Part shown: positions 8,986 to 19,676 of the stretch, in pieces
Numbering within the stretch: position 1 is the first letter of the stretch
How the letters are laid out: every line of letters starts with the position of its first letter
NCBI GenBank assembly: GCA_050298055.1
Contig: JBNKTL010000003.1
Span: forward strand, 64,001 to 128,000
DNA length: 64,000 nt
Source of the DNA: Spirochaetota bacterium
Lineage (GTDB): Bacteria > Spirochaetota > UBA4802 > UBA5550
Direction: 5' to 3'
The notes under the pieces: generated by a model
What the model was told of the DNA's origin: nothing
What the model saw: only the letters and a program-made list of their open reading frames with translations
Databases searched by the model: none
Translations under genes and position numbers: made by a program

Positions 8986-10020
8986 ATGAAAATTGTCCTG
9001 AACAAACCGACCATTACACGGAATGACCTTGAGGGTGTCCTTGATTCCCTGATCAATGATCAGCTGAGTCCCGGTGCTTCCGTCAAACAGTTTGAATCCA
9101 CCGTATCAGGAATTGTAGGTCTCAAGTACTCGCTCTCTGTTAATTCCTCTGTCTCGGCATATCACCTTGCTTACGGCGCTCTGCAGGTTGACAGCAACAG
9201 TGAAGTTATCATCCCCTCATACTTTAACCAGGCACCTCTCAGCGCCCTTACCCTCTGCGGAGGCAAACCGGTACTTGTGGACTGCGGTGAAGATTCCCTG
9301 TTTCCCGATCCGGAAGCAATAGCTGAAAAAGTCACAGAAAACACCCGGTGTATTGTAACAGGCCATACCTTCGGTTATCACTTCGACACCGAACCGCTGG
9401 AAAAGCTCAATATTCCTCTCATTGAAGACATATCACACGCAATCGGAACAGAGTTCAGTGAAGACCCTGTTGGGAGCAGAGCTTCCTTCAGTATCCTCTC
9501 TTTTTCACCATCCATGATCATTACAACCGGGAACGGGGGGATGGTTCTTACAAACAATTCAAAACACTACTCAACCATGAAGGATTTCAGGGGACTCAAT
9601 GACCACACTATAAATATGGACTATGTAATGACCGATTTCCAGGGGGCAATGGGCCTTTCTCAGCTCACAAAACTCACAAAGCTCCTCGGAAGGAGGAGGG
9701 AAATCGCATCAATTTACTATAACTCCATGAGACACAGTACACACAGGACACCCTATCCCTATAATGAAAATTTTGCATACCAGTCTTTTCCCATCATGTT
9801 CGATTCATTGACCGAAAAGATTGAAAGTTACTGGAAGAAAAGCGGTATTGAAATTGTCCGTCCGGTAAACTACCCGCTTCACAGGCTTCTTGAGCGGGAC
9901 AGGAAAGAATTTCCCCACGCAGAGAGAATGACCAGGAAACTCTATGCCCTCCCTCTTTATCCCACGCTGACCAAAAAAGAGATCGAGAAGATAAGCAAAA
10001 CTCTGGCTTCGTTTATTTAA
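8986..10020 (+). CDS. DegT/DnrJ/EryC1/StrS family protein lacking the PLP lysine
   Basis: IEDISHAIG, SFSPSMIITTGNGGMVLT, LPLYPTL. Confidence 0.82.
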   Translation: MKIVLNKPTITRNDLEGVLDSLINDQLSPGASVKQFESTVSGIVGLKYSLSVNSSVSAYHLAYGALQVDSNSEVIIPSYFNQAPLSALTLCGGKPVLVDCGEDSLFPDPEAIAEKVTENTRCIVTGHTFGYHFDTEPLEKLNIPLIEDISHAIGTEFSEDPVGSRASFSILSFSPSMIITTGNGGMVLTNNSKHYSTMKDFRGLNDHTINMDYVMTDFQGAMGLSQLTKLTKLLGRRREIASIYYNSMRHSTHRTPYPYNENFAYQSFPIMFDSLTEKIESYWKKSGIEIVRPVNYPLHRLLERDRKEFPHAERMTRKLYALPLYPTLTKKEIEKISKTLASFI

Positions 10021-10379
10021 GCTGTGCGGGTAGACAGAATCTCTTTTATTTTATCCTTCAGCTCGTCGAGATTCAGTGATTTGGTAATGTACGCGTCAGC
10101 AGTCCAGGTCATGAAGTTGCTTTTATAATTGGAATACGCCGTATAGATGATGATGGGGATTTTCTTATCTCTTGAGAGTATCTTTCCAAGGGCCTCGATT
10201 CCGTCCATCTCCGGCATCCTGATATCCATTATCACAAGGTCATATTTATTGGCTTTTACAAGGTCAACTGCTTCTTTACCGTTAGCGGCCTGTTCCACAT
10301 CGTATCCCTCTTCCTGGAGTTCCATCGCATAGAGATCTCGCTGATGTTTTTCATCCTCTACGATAAGTATTCTGCTCAT
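10017..10379 (-). CDS. Single-domain response regulator
   Basis: ILIVEDE, MDIRMPEMDG, YTAY, YITK. Confidence 0.93.
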   Translation of the reverse strand: MSRILIVEDEKHQRDLYAMELQEEGYDVEQAANGKEAVDLVKANKYDLVIMDIRMPEMDGIEALGKILSRDKKIPIIIYTAYSNYKSNFMTWTADAYITKSLNLDELKDKIKEILSTRTA

Positions 10380-10651
10380 TTCATCCTCCGGGTTAAGGTA
10401 AAAATGTCCTTCTTCTCAATAGTTTTGTTAACAGTCAGTCCCTGGCATCAACTATTTCAAGTCATTAATTTTGCATCTGCCTGATTTTACGGGACCCCCT
10501 CCTGTAATAAATCGACTATTCAAATGCATGCAACTGCGTTGAGAAGTCAGTAATTGATATCTGAATTTAAACATGGATCCGGATAAATTTCAACGATTTT
10601 TTTTAAATGTGACTCCAAAATTAAATAAAAGCGGAGCAAAATTCCTGTTGG

Positions 10652-12697
10652 TTATCCGGGAAGCGGCAGGTGAATTGTAAACTCCACACCGACAAACTCC
10701 CTGTTCCGCACATTGATGTTTCCATTGTGATCACTTATAATCTTCTTTACATTGGCAAGTCCCAGCCCGACTCCGGATATCTTTTTTGTAAAAAACGGTT
10801 CAAAAATAATGTTGGGGTCCTTTTCATCGATACCCGTACCGGAATCCTTGACCCTTATGGTGACCTGTTTTGAATCAAACTCGGTCACTATCTCTATCAT
10901 TCCGTCATGGGGAGTTACTTCGATTGAATTCTGCAGAAGATTCAGCATTACCTGCTTTATCTGGTTTGAATCACACTTGATCAGGGGGATTTCATTGTTT
11001 AATTTTGTCACCACTTCTATTTTATTATCAAGAAACATATTTTTGAGAAGATTTTCCGTATCCCTGATAATATCATTTATATTGTTAAATTCCCTGATGT
11101 ACCGGGAGGGCTTGGTAAAGTCCATGACATTTGAAAGTGTTTTTTCAAGCCGTTCCGATTCTTCCAGGATAATTTTCGCGAACTTTTCGATATTTGCCAC
11201 GTTCTTCAATCCATCCTTGGGCATACCCATGATCTTTCTCGCATAGCCGCCCATGGTGACCAGGGGATTTCTTATTTCATGGGCAATATGCGTGGCAATT
11301 TTACCCACTGCAGCCATCTTTTCGGATTCAACGATAGCCTCCTGCCTCTTCTCAATCTTTTCCATGTCCTTCTGTGCTTTTAACAGGTTGCTGTGACTTT
11401 CAATGGTCAACGCGGCCTGTGAGGCAAAAATTACAAGAAGTTCCTTGATATCACCGCTTATGGGGACCTGGTTAAACTTGTTATCGGCAATGATGATTCC
11501 AACGGAAGTGTTCGCAGCAGTGAGCGGAACAATGACACATTCGTTCACATTGAGGAGCTTTTTGAGTTCATCATCCACCCTGTCATCATTCCATGAATCA
11601 GTGATATGAAGGACTGTTCTTTCATTCAGCGCTTTGCTGAGCAGTGCATCCGAATCAATAAGAAACCTGCTCTTGATGACCGAGTCGAAGAGTTCAGCGC
11701 CCTTCAGGTTCATGATGTCAAACTCTTCATCAAGGACATCATTCTCATTGCTGTTCCATATCTCAATGGCTTCCTCCATTGAATCGGGACCCACAGCCAT
11801 TTTCCCCTCCAGTGAAACACCCCCTTCATCAACAAGGAAGAGCATGGCCCTGTTAAAACCGAGTCCATGTCCCGATGTAACAGCTGTCAGTATTTTGAAA
11901 AGAAATTCCTCAATTTTCCTGTCCCTCTGCAGATAACTGGAAAGCTGACTGATAAGGTTTATCTGGTAGTCCTTTCTCAGCTTATTTGTGATGTCATCAA
12001 TAAGAATTATTATCTTGTTCCTCCCCTTTACCATTATCCGGGAGACCTTCATATCAAAGATGAGAGGGATCCTGTTCTTTGACAGGAGGTGTGTCTGCTC
12101 CAGTACAATAGTGTTCCCCTGGGTTTTTGCTTTAATAATTGCTCCTTTCAACCGGGCGTTTACAAAATAAAAAATATCCTCTATACTTTTACCAATTATT
12201 TCATCAGTATCATACCTGAGCCTTCTGCAAAAACCTTCATTAACATATTCCACCTTCTCATTTTCAGAAAGTATGATAAAGAATGAGTTGGGGGAAAAGA
12301 CAATGCTGTTGTAAAATTCATGAAAAATATCAATTTCATCCCTCTGGGAGGATACCATGTTATCGAGATGCCTGCCGACCTTAATAAGTTCTTTCAGGAC
12401 CTTTGCAAAGGAATCATTCCCCTTTACACTGTTTTGAAGTACATGAAATTTTCCCTTTTTAAAATTTGATAAAATATTGCGGATAATATTGAGCCTGTTA
12501 ACATAGAAATACCTGCTTAACATAAATATAATGAATGTTCTTAATAAAACGACTACAATAACAATCATTAATATTATATGGTAAAAAACTCTGTTCTCAA
12601 GTCCCGTATTGGAAAAAACTACCGCTATAAATAGAATAAGCAAAATATCCGGGATATAAAAAAAGAAAACTCCCAAAACTGTTCCTTTTGTTTTCAT
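10652..12697 (-). CDS. Membrane sensor histidine kinase (2 TM, PAS, GAF, HisKA, HATPase)
   Basis: AHEIRNPL H-box; NLLQNS, DSGTGI, FEPFF, GVGLGL boxes. Confidence 0.92.
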   Translation of the reverse strand: MKTKGTVLGVFFFYIPDILLILFIAVVFSNTGLENRVFYHIILMIVIVVVLLRTFIIFMLSRYFYVNRLNIIRNILSNFKKGKFHVLQNSVKGNDSFAKVLKELIKVGRHLDNMVSSQRDEIDIFHEFYNSIVFSPNSFFIILSENEKVEYVNEGFCRRLRYDTDEIIGKSIEDIFYFVNARLKGAIIKAKTQGNTIVLEQTHLLSKNRIPLIFDMKVSRIMVKGRNKIIILIDDITNKLRKDYQINLISQLSSYLQRDRKIEEFLFKILTAVTSGHGLGFNRAMLFLVDEGGVSLEGKMAVGPDSMEEAIEIWNSNENDVLDEEFDIMNLKGAELFDSVIKSRFLIDSDALLSKALNERTVLHITDSWNDDRVDDELKKLLNVNECVIVPLTAANTSVGIIIADNKFNQVPISGDIKELLVIFASQAALTIESHSNLLKAQKDMEKIEKRQEAIVESEKMAAVGKIATHIAHEIRNPLVTMGGYARKIMGMPKDGLKNVANIEKFAKIILEESERLEKTLSNVMDFTKPSRYIREFNNINDIIRDTENLLKNMFLDNKIEVVTKLNNEIPLIKCDSNQIKQVMLNLLQNSIEVTPHDGMIEIVTEFDSKQVTIRVKDSGTGIDEKDPNIIFEPFFTKKISGVGLGLANVKKIISDHNGNINVRNREFVGVEFTIHLPLPG

Positions 12698-12733
12698 ACC
12701 TTATAACTTTACACAAGTTCCTGGTTAATAAGA

Positions 12734-12872
12734 GTAACGACCCAGCTGCATATTTAAAATAATTATATTCATGAAAGCATAACCGGTATGTCCCTGCCGC
12801 CGACCGCGGCGGGGACATATTGTTGATATTTTTAGCAAATATATTATTTTACCCATATAACTGAGTGGTTTA
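12734..12872 (+). mobile_element. MITE-like repeat copy 2
   Basis: gtaacgacccagctg...atgtccctgccgccgaccgcggcggggacat...taactgagtggttta. Confidence 0.75.
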
Positions 12873-12961
12873 CAATAATGTTTGAAACCTATCATAAAGA
12901 AATAGAGTTGATATTTCAATTACTTTAAATAAAAGGACCACTATAAAATAATGAAAAAAAC

Positions 12962-13101
12962 GTTACTACTCAGCAATGTATAAAAATAGATATGTTAATG
13001 AATAAGAGATAACTGATATGTCCCCGCCGCCGACCGCGGCGGGGACATATAGGTGTTATTTTATTAAAATATCTATTTTTTCCATACAGCTAAGTAGTTA
13101 C
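12962..13101 (+). mobile_element. MITE-like repeat copy 3
   Basis: gttactactcagc...atgtccccgccgc-cgacc-gcggcggggacat...cagctaagtagttac. Confidence 0.8.
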
Positions 13102-13129
13102 AAAATAATAATATCCAGAGGTATTTTTC

Positions 13130-13726
13130 ATGGACCTTGTCATTGCATCCAATAATAAGAATAAGATCAATGAGATCAGGGAAAAGTTTTCCGGGATTGC
13201 TGACCTCAACCTGGTTCCTCTCTATGAACTTGAATCACCGCCGGAAGTCATTGAAGATGGTAAGACCTTTGAAGAAAACGCGGTAAAAAAAGCAGAGGCA
13301 ATTGCCCGGTACAGCAACATGCCGGTATTATCCGATGATTCCGGGCTTATGGTTGAAGCCCTGGGGGGAAGACCGGGGGTCCACTCTGCCCGGTACGGCG
13401 GTTTCGGCAGCTCCGACGGCAAAAAGAATGAACTACTCCTTTCAGAGATGCTTGAGATAAAAGAGAACAGGAAGGCAAAATTCGTCTGCGTGGTGGCCAT
13501 AGCCTATCCGGACGGGGAGAGCCAAACCGCCAGGGGAGAATGTCACGGTGAAATAGCTGCTGAACCGGCCGGAGAGATGGGCTTCGGCTACGATCCTGTT
13601 TTTTTCCTTCCGGAATTCGGCAGGACAATGGCCCAGCTGACCCTGGAGGAGAAAAACAGGATAAGCCACAGGGCTGTTGCCCTGGAAAAAGCACGGAGAA
13701 TCCTGGAAGAGAAAATCAGGGGATAA
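13130..13726 (+). CDS. rdgB: Non-canonical purine NTP pyrophosphatase (XTP/dITPase)
   Basis: SNNKNK, SDDSGL, PGVHSARY, GFGYDP, ISHR. Confidence 0.95.
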   Translation: MDLVIASNNKNKINEIREKFSGIADLNLVPLYELESPPEVIEDGKTFEENAVKKAEAIARYSNMPVLSDDSGLMVEALGGRPGVHSARYGGFGSSDGKKNELLLSEMLEIKENRKAKFVCVVAIAYPDGESQTARGECHGEIAAEPAGEMGFGYDPVFFLPEFGRTMAQLTLEEKNRISHRAVALEKARRILEEKIRG

Positions 13727-13745
13727 AGAAACCGGGCGGTCTATT

Positions 13746-14378
13746 ATGGACAGGAAAACATCAGGGAAGATCATTGCCCGGTTGAAGAAACATTACGGCA
13801 CTGTAACATCGGACCTGGAATACATAAATCTTTACCAGCTTACAGTGGCTGTTGTTCTCTCCGCGCAGACTACGGATGTCCAGGTAAATTCCGTAACGCC
13901 GGAACTCTTCAGGAAATACCCGGACTTTAAATCTCTTTCAAAAGCAAACATTCAGGATGTGGAAGAGATAATCAGGAGTACCGGTTTTTATAAAAACAAA
14001 TCCAAAAACATCGTTTCCCTTGCGCAAGATGTAACCGGAAAGTACAACGGGAAAGTCCCTTCGGAGAGGGAACTCCTGGAACAACTGCCCGGTGTGGGCA
14101 GGAAATCAGCAAATGTCATTCTCTCCATGGGATACAATATTCCCGCACTGGCAGTAGATACCCATGTGGGAAGAATAGCGGGAAAACTGGGATATACCGA
14201 GTCACGGGACCCGTATAAGATAGAGAAAGACCTCACCACGGCAATCCCGGAAAAAGAGTGGATAAATTCTCATCTTCTCTTTATAAGACACGGGAGGAGT
14301 ATCTGTAAAGCGAGAAAACCGGCATGCGGAATATGCCCGGTCAGTCTTTACTGCCCGTCTGCTGAGATCTCTTCCTGA
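13746..14378 (+). CDS. nth: Endonuclease III
   Basis: LSAQTTD, LPGVGRKSAN, VDTHV, C-x6-C-x2-C-x5-C; start moved to the ATG at 13746. Confidence 0.95.
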   Translation: MDRKTSGKIIARLKKHYGTVTSDLEYINLYQLTVAVVLSAQTTDVQVNSVTPELFRKYPDFKSLSKANIQDVEEIIRSTGFYKNKSKNIVSLAQDVTGKYNGKVPSERELLEQLPGVGRKSANVILSMGYNIPALAVDTHVGRIAGKLGYTESRDPYKIEKDLTTAIPEKEWINSHLLFIRHGRSICKARKPACGICPVSLYCPSAEISS

Positions 14379-15678
14379 AAAAAACAATAACAGCGGGATT
14401 GTTTCCCCTCACTTTTAATTCACCGGCAGGATCTTCCCCCGTAATTTTTTTAAGGACCTGGTACGCCCTGATAGAGATATCCCTGTCTATATCCGTAAGC
14501 TTCTCCACAAGCCAGGGGACGGATTTAATGTCCCCCGCTTTCTTTATGATCTTCAGCACCCATTTTTTATAAAAGATATTTCCCTTCTCAAATTGAGATA
14601 AAAACCTCTCCCTCTCTTCCGGGTAATACTTTGCCGCGTAAGCGATTATGCTCTCGGCATTGACAAACTTCCTTCCGGAAATCACAGAATACTTTTTTGC
14701 CAGCCTGTTGATGCTTTCAAATGAAACCTTAATTTTATTTTTTAAAAAATAATTTGAAAGGGACCTGCTCATGGCCAGATCCCCGTCCTCAAACAGCCTG
14801 CTCCACTCGTCCCGGGAGAGCTTGATGTCCACATTGTACTTCTCGGAAAAATATAATATCTCGGGGATATGGGTCGAATCTGATTGCCTGCCTACAACTT
14901 CAGTCAGTTTTTTCAGGGGAAAAGAATACCCCATTTTAAGCAGGAAGAGAGAAGATTCAACCTGGCTGTACGACCCTGTCTTTGAGAACCGGGAAAAAGA
15001 ATAATAAATACCCACCACCATAAAGTGAAAAACCAAAGACAGAATTATCGTCATGAAGAGCAGTTTCAGAAGATGAATTCGTTTATAAAAAAACTCGAAA
15101 AAGAGGGAAAAAATGACAATGGCAAAATTCAGGATCTTCAGGATTGATGTGGGAGAGCCGTCAGGATACAGGGTATAGACGATTGAATAAAGAATAAAGT
15201 ATCCCACTCCAATTGACAAAAAAAGAGGAATGGTGACCTTGAGGCTTTTTTCGATCTTAAGGATTATCATGAGGATGAGGGAATAGATAATGATATTGGA
15301 GAACCTGCCGGTAAAGACATTGAGGAAAGGTCGCATTGGCCAGTCCTCATTTTTGAGATAAAAGATAAATGTAAATATGACTATTGACGCATAGATAACA
15401 AGCAGGGGTAAAATCCTGGTATGGAAGAAGAGAAGGTATTCACCGCTCTTTCCATACCTTTCTCTGTAGATATCCCTGTAGAGATCAAGGTCTATCTGTG
15501 AAAAGATGAAAACCAGCTGGAATGAGAAGATGAAGAGATAGACACGGACTATTATTGATATCCCTTCCCACTGGAAAAAGAGGTTGGAAAAAACCGCAAC
15601 AATATAAAGGAGAATAAGAAGAGAGAAGAATGTTGATATCTTTTTAAAATGTTCTGACAGCATATCCATTGTGCTCAA
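14341..15678 (-). CDS. Hypothetical polytopic membrane protein with C-terminal HEAT-like repeat
   Basis: About 7 hydrophobic segments, then a helical domain (SVPWLVEKLTD...AYQVLKKITG). Confidence 0.65.
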   Translation of the reverse strand: MSTMDMLSEHFKKISTFFSLLILLYIVAVFSNLFFQWEGISIIVRVYLFIFSFQLVFIFSQIDLDLYRDIYRERYGKSGEYLLFFHTRILPLLVIYASIVIFTFIFYLKNEDWPMRPFLNVFTGRFSNIIIYSLILMIILKIEKSLKVTIPLFLSIGVGYFILYSIVYTLYPDGSPTSILKILNFAIVIFSLFFEFFYKRIHLLKLLFMTIILSLVFHFMVVGIYYSFSRFSKTGSYSQVESSLFLLKMGYSFPLKKLTEVVGRQSDSTHIPEILYFSEKYNVDIKLSRDEWSRLFEDGDLAMSRSLSNYFLKNKIKVSFESINRLAKKYSVISGRKFVNAESIIAYAAKYYPEERERFLSQFEKGNIFYKKWVLKIIKKAGDIKSVPWLVEKLTDIDRDISIRAYQVLKKITGEDPAGELKVRGNNPAVIVFFRKRSQQTGSKD

Positions 15679-15684
15679 ACCCTT

Positions 15685-16518
15685 TTATCCCGCTCTCAGT
15701 ACCACAACCCTGGGCAGACCGGAATAATCATTCATCACAGAGACATCAAATCCTGCTTCTTTCCCTTTTTCAACTACAAAATTTTTCATGTCATACCCGA
15801 TCTCGAAAATGATGACACTCCTTTCATGAGAGTGCTTTTTTACTCCCCTGATTATTCTCTCCGTCTCCCTTCTCCCCTTCTTCGGTGAGTAAAGGGCCTC
15901 CGGGGGTTCATGCCTGAGTTCCCTCTGGAGGGTGCCTGATATGCCCGGGTCGATATAGGGAGGATTGCTCACAATGATATCAAAGATCCTGCCCCCCAGA
16001 GGTTCAAACAGGTCTCCCTCAAGGAACCTGACGGACCGGGGCCCCGTGATATTCAGGGCATTTTTTCTCGCCACACTTAATGCTTTTTTTGATATGTCTG
16101 TTGCCGTTATATCCAGGTCCTTCCTGTTGTGTTTCAACGCAACGGCAATTGCGCCGGAACCGGTCCCCAGGTCAAGGAGCGTGGCGTCAAGGGGCGCATA
16201 GTAGAGCGCAAGATCCACCACAAGTTCGGTTTCGGGCCGGGGGATGAGAACATTTTTATTGACCCTGAATTCCAGGGAGTAGAATTCCTTCACGCCGGTT
16301 ATGTAGGCAAGCGGTTCAAAGGCCAGCCTTCTTTTCACAAGCCTCTCTATTTTTTTCAGCTCTTCCTCACCCGGTTTTCTCTCCCGCTCAAGGGAAACCC
16401 GGAACCTCTCCATCTCCAGAACATGGGCGATGATAAGCTGGGCGTCGGTCACCGGGTTTTCGATTCCCCCTTCCCTGAATCTTTCGGTGACTTCCTGTAA
16501 CAGTAAAGAAAGCTGCAT
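15685..16518 (-). CDS. prmC: Release factor glutamine methyltransferase
   Basis: LIPRPETE, DLGTGSG, SNPPY; follows prfA. Confidence 0.95.
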   Translation of the reverse strand: MQLSLLLQEVTERFREGGIENPVTDAQLIIAHVLEMERFRVSLERERKPGEEELKKIERLVKRRLAFEPLAYITGVKEFYSLEFRVNKNVLIPRPETELVVDLALYYAPLDATLLDLGTGSGAIAVALKHNRKDLDITATDISKKALSVARKNALNITGPRSVRFLEGDLFEPLGGRIFDIIVSNPPYIDPGISGTLQRELRHEPPEALYSPKKGRRETERIIRGVKKHSHERSVIIFEIGYDMKNFVVEKGKEAGFDVSVMNDYSGLPRVVVLRAG

Positions 16519-16549
16519 AACCGCCGCCTGCGAGCTGCCCTGCCGGCCG

Positions 16550-17620
<1,071 letters not shown>

Positions 17621-17636
17621 CTTTAATCCTCTTATT

Positions 17637-17665
17637 AAAAAAAAGCGGCTTTTCCACCGCTTTTT
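17637..17665 (-). terminator. Intrinsic terminator after tRNA-Arg
   Basis: aaaagcgg-cttttcca-ccgctttt with long A run on + (U tail on -). Confidence 0.65.
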
Positions 17666-17681
17666 GACATATTCATCCTTT

Positions 17682-17755
17682 CGCTCCCGAAAGGACTCGA
17701 ACCTCTGACACATAGTTTAGGAAACTACTGCTCTATCCACCTGAGCTACGGGAGC
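17682..17755 (-). tRNA. tRNA-Arg(CCT)
   Basis: Reverse complement GCTCCCGTAGCTCAGGTGGATAGAGCAGTAGT-TTCCTAA-ACTAT...GGTTCGAGTCC...GGGAGCG. Confidence 0.95.
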
Positions 17756-17758
17756 CGT

Positions 17759-18403
17759 TTACTGATACATGTTTTTGCGCTTCGATGACACAATCCTCTG
17801 GAAGTCCCTGATGTTCCTAACCACGATTTTATCACCAAAGAGTTCAATTTTGTTTAGCTTGTTCAAATGTGTCAATACTTTTTGCGCTTCCGATTCGGCC
17901 ATTCCCGCCCAGTTCGCCACCGCCTCGGAAGTGACCGGGAGATGGACTTCCTCCTGGAGATCAAGATGGGGGTTCTGTTCAGCGAGCATGTTGAGGACAT
18001 CCATGACCTTCAGCTGGGGGTCCTCGAGGAGGAGTATCATCAGTCTTCTTTTTGCGTCATAAATCCTCTTTGAAAAGATCAGGAGAAGCTTGTAGGCAAG
18101 CTGCGGATTGCCCTGGAGAAGGGCGTCAAAGTTATCACGGTGAAATTTGAGAAGCCGGGAATGCTCAATGGCAATGGCGGATGCAGACCTCGGTTCCTGC
18201 TCCAGGATGGCCATCTCGCCGAAAACGTCCCCGTCGGTAAGAACGTCAATTGTCTTCTCCCTGTTGTTGATCATCTTGACGATCTTCACCCTCCCCTGCT
18301 GCAGGAAGTAGAACTCGTACCCGGGTTCAAATTCACAGAAGATTATTTCGTTGGGAGAGTATTCAACGCCGAACCTTTCAAAAAAACTGTCATCAAGGAG
18401 CAT
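17759..18403 (-). CDS. Crp/Fnr family cyclic-nucleotide-binding regulator
   Basis: Intact phosphate-binding cassette GDVFGEMAILEQEPRSASA; C-terminal HTH-like region. Confidence 0.88.
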   Translation of the reverse strand: MLLDDSFFERFGVEYSPNEIIFCEFEPGYEFYFLQQGRVKIVKMINNREKTIDVLTDGDVFGEMAILEQEPRSASAIAIEHSRLLKFHRDNFDALLQGNPQLAYKLLLIFSKRIYDAKRRLMILLLEDPQLKVMDVLNMLAEQNPHLDLQEEVHLPVTSEAVANWAGMAESEAQKVLTHLNKLNKIELFGDKIVVRNIRDFQRIVSSKRKNMYQ

Positions 18404-18421
18404 ATGCGCTATTTCCTGTTT

Positions 18422-19654
18422 TTAAATTTGTTTCAGCTTCTCCTGGGCCTCACGGCTCACGTCATCCGCCGGCTGCAGGGAAGCGACCTTTTTATAATAT
18501 GCTTTCGCCTTGTCTTTCTGGTTGGCGGACTCAAAGACCGCGCCAATATTGTAAAGGGCCCTTTTCATATTTCCCGATTTCGGATATTTCCTGATAAACC
18601 CGGAGAAAGCCCCGATGGCCTCTTTCTGTTTTCTCAGTTTCATCTGGCAGACAGCATGTTCAAAGGTCGCGTTTTCAATATATCTTTCATCATCACCGCC
18701 CGGGTCCGTGCTGTTTATTATTCCCGAATAGAGGTTCAGGGCTTCCTCATAGTTACCCGCGGAGAAACTCCTGCTTGCCTCGTCATATATTACGCCAAGT
18801 CCCCCTTTCTGCTCTTCACCGGCATCCGAGAGAAAATCATCGAATTCGTCTGATTCTCTGCTGTCCGACAGAAAGTCATCCATTTCACTTGACAGAGAAC
18901 CTGAGGAACCGCCGGAATTGCCGAAAAAGTCATCTGAATCGGAACCCCCGTCAAAATCCATAAGGCCGTCATCCTCTCCGCCGCTCTCATCCATGCTGAA
19001 ATCTCCCGGTCCGTCCCCGAAACCTCCGGTATCACCGGCTCCGGCTGCGGCCGGCTCGGCAGCCGTGCTGTTAAGATCAAACCCGGTATCCCCCGGTACG
19101 GCTTCACCGGAATCGATTGCCTTGATCCTCTTCATGGCCAGGGACGCGTGCTCTCCGTCCGGGTAGTACTCCATGTACTTTTTATACGCGTACTGGGCCT
19201 GCTGAAAAACTCCGGCGCTGTAGTAGTACTCACCTATCCTGAAAAGTTCAATATCGGGATTGAGGATATCCCCCTCCCCCAGGACAGACCGCACCATCTT
19301 CCCTATCCTTCGAAGCTGGTTGCTGAAGACCCGGAGCATCTTTCTCACCACGTCAACGTTCTTAAGGATCAGCCTCTCGAACTCCGCCAGGCTGAAGATG
19401 AGGACAATGGTTTCGCCCACAGTCTGCGCCGTCTCCTCCCGGGGATATTTCCCCAAGGCGGATTTTACGCCGAAGAACTCGCCGATCCTCACGTCCTCCT
19501 TGACCTCGCTCCCCGTATCAAGCTTGGTGGATGTGAGAATGACCCTCCCCGATTTCAGGATAAAGATACTTTCGCTTTTGTCCCCCGCGAAATAGATGAT
19601 AGACCCGGGCTTGTATGTTCTGGTTATAATCCCGCCGGATTGTGATGATCCCAT
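18422..19654 (-). CDS. Cyclic-nucleotide-binding domain plus TPR protein
   Basis: GEFFGVKSALGKYPREETA; acidic Gly-rich linker; TPR repeats; start moved to MGSSQ. Confidence 0.85.
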   Translation of the reverse strand: MGSSQSGGIITRTYKPGSIIYFAGDKSESIFILKSGRVILTSTKLDTGSEVKEDVRIGEFFGVKSALGKYPREETAQTVGETIVLIFSLAEFERLILKNVDVVRKMLRVFSNQLRRIGKMVRSVLGEGDILNPDIELFRIGEYYYSAGVFQQAQYAYKKYMEYYPDGEHASLAMKRIKAIDSGEAVPGDTGFDLNSTAAEPAAAGAGDTGGFGDGPGDFSMDESGGEDDGLMDFDGGSDSDDFFGNSGGSSGSLSSEMDDFLSDSRESDEFDDFLSDAGEEQKGGLGVIYDEASRSFSAGNYEEALNLYSGIINSTDPGGDDERYIENATFEHAVCQMKLRKQKEAIGAFSGFIRKYPKSGNMKRALYNIGAVFESANQKDKAKAYYKKVASLQPADDVSREAQEKLKQI

Positions 19655-19676
19655 TCCTGTTAGCTGCTCCGTTTCA

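Noticed and set aside
17621..17713. N-terminal extension of prfA in the ORF track
   Set aside because: Overlaps tRNA-Arg and its terminator; ATG at 17620 with an AGGA RBS is more plausible
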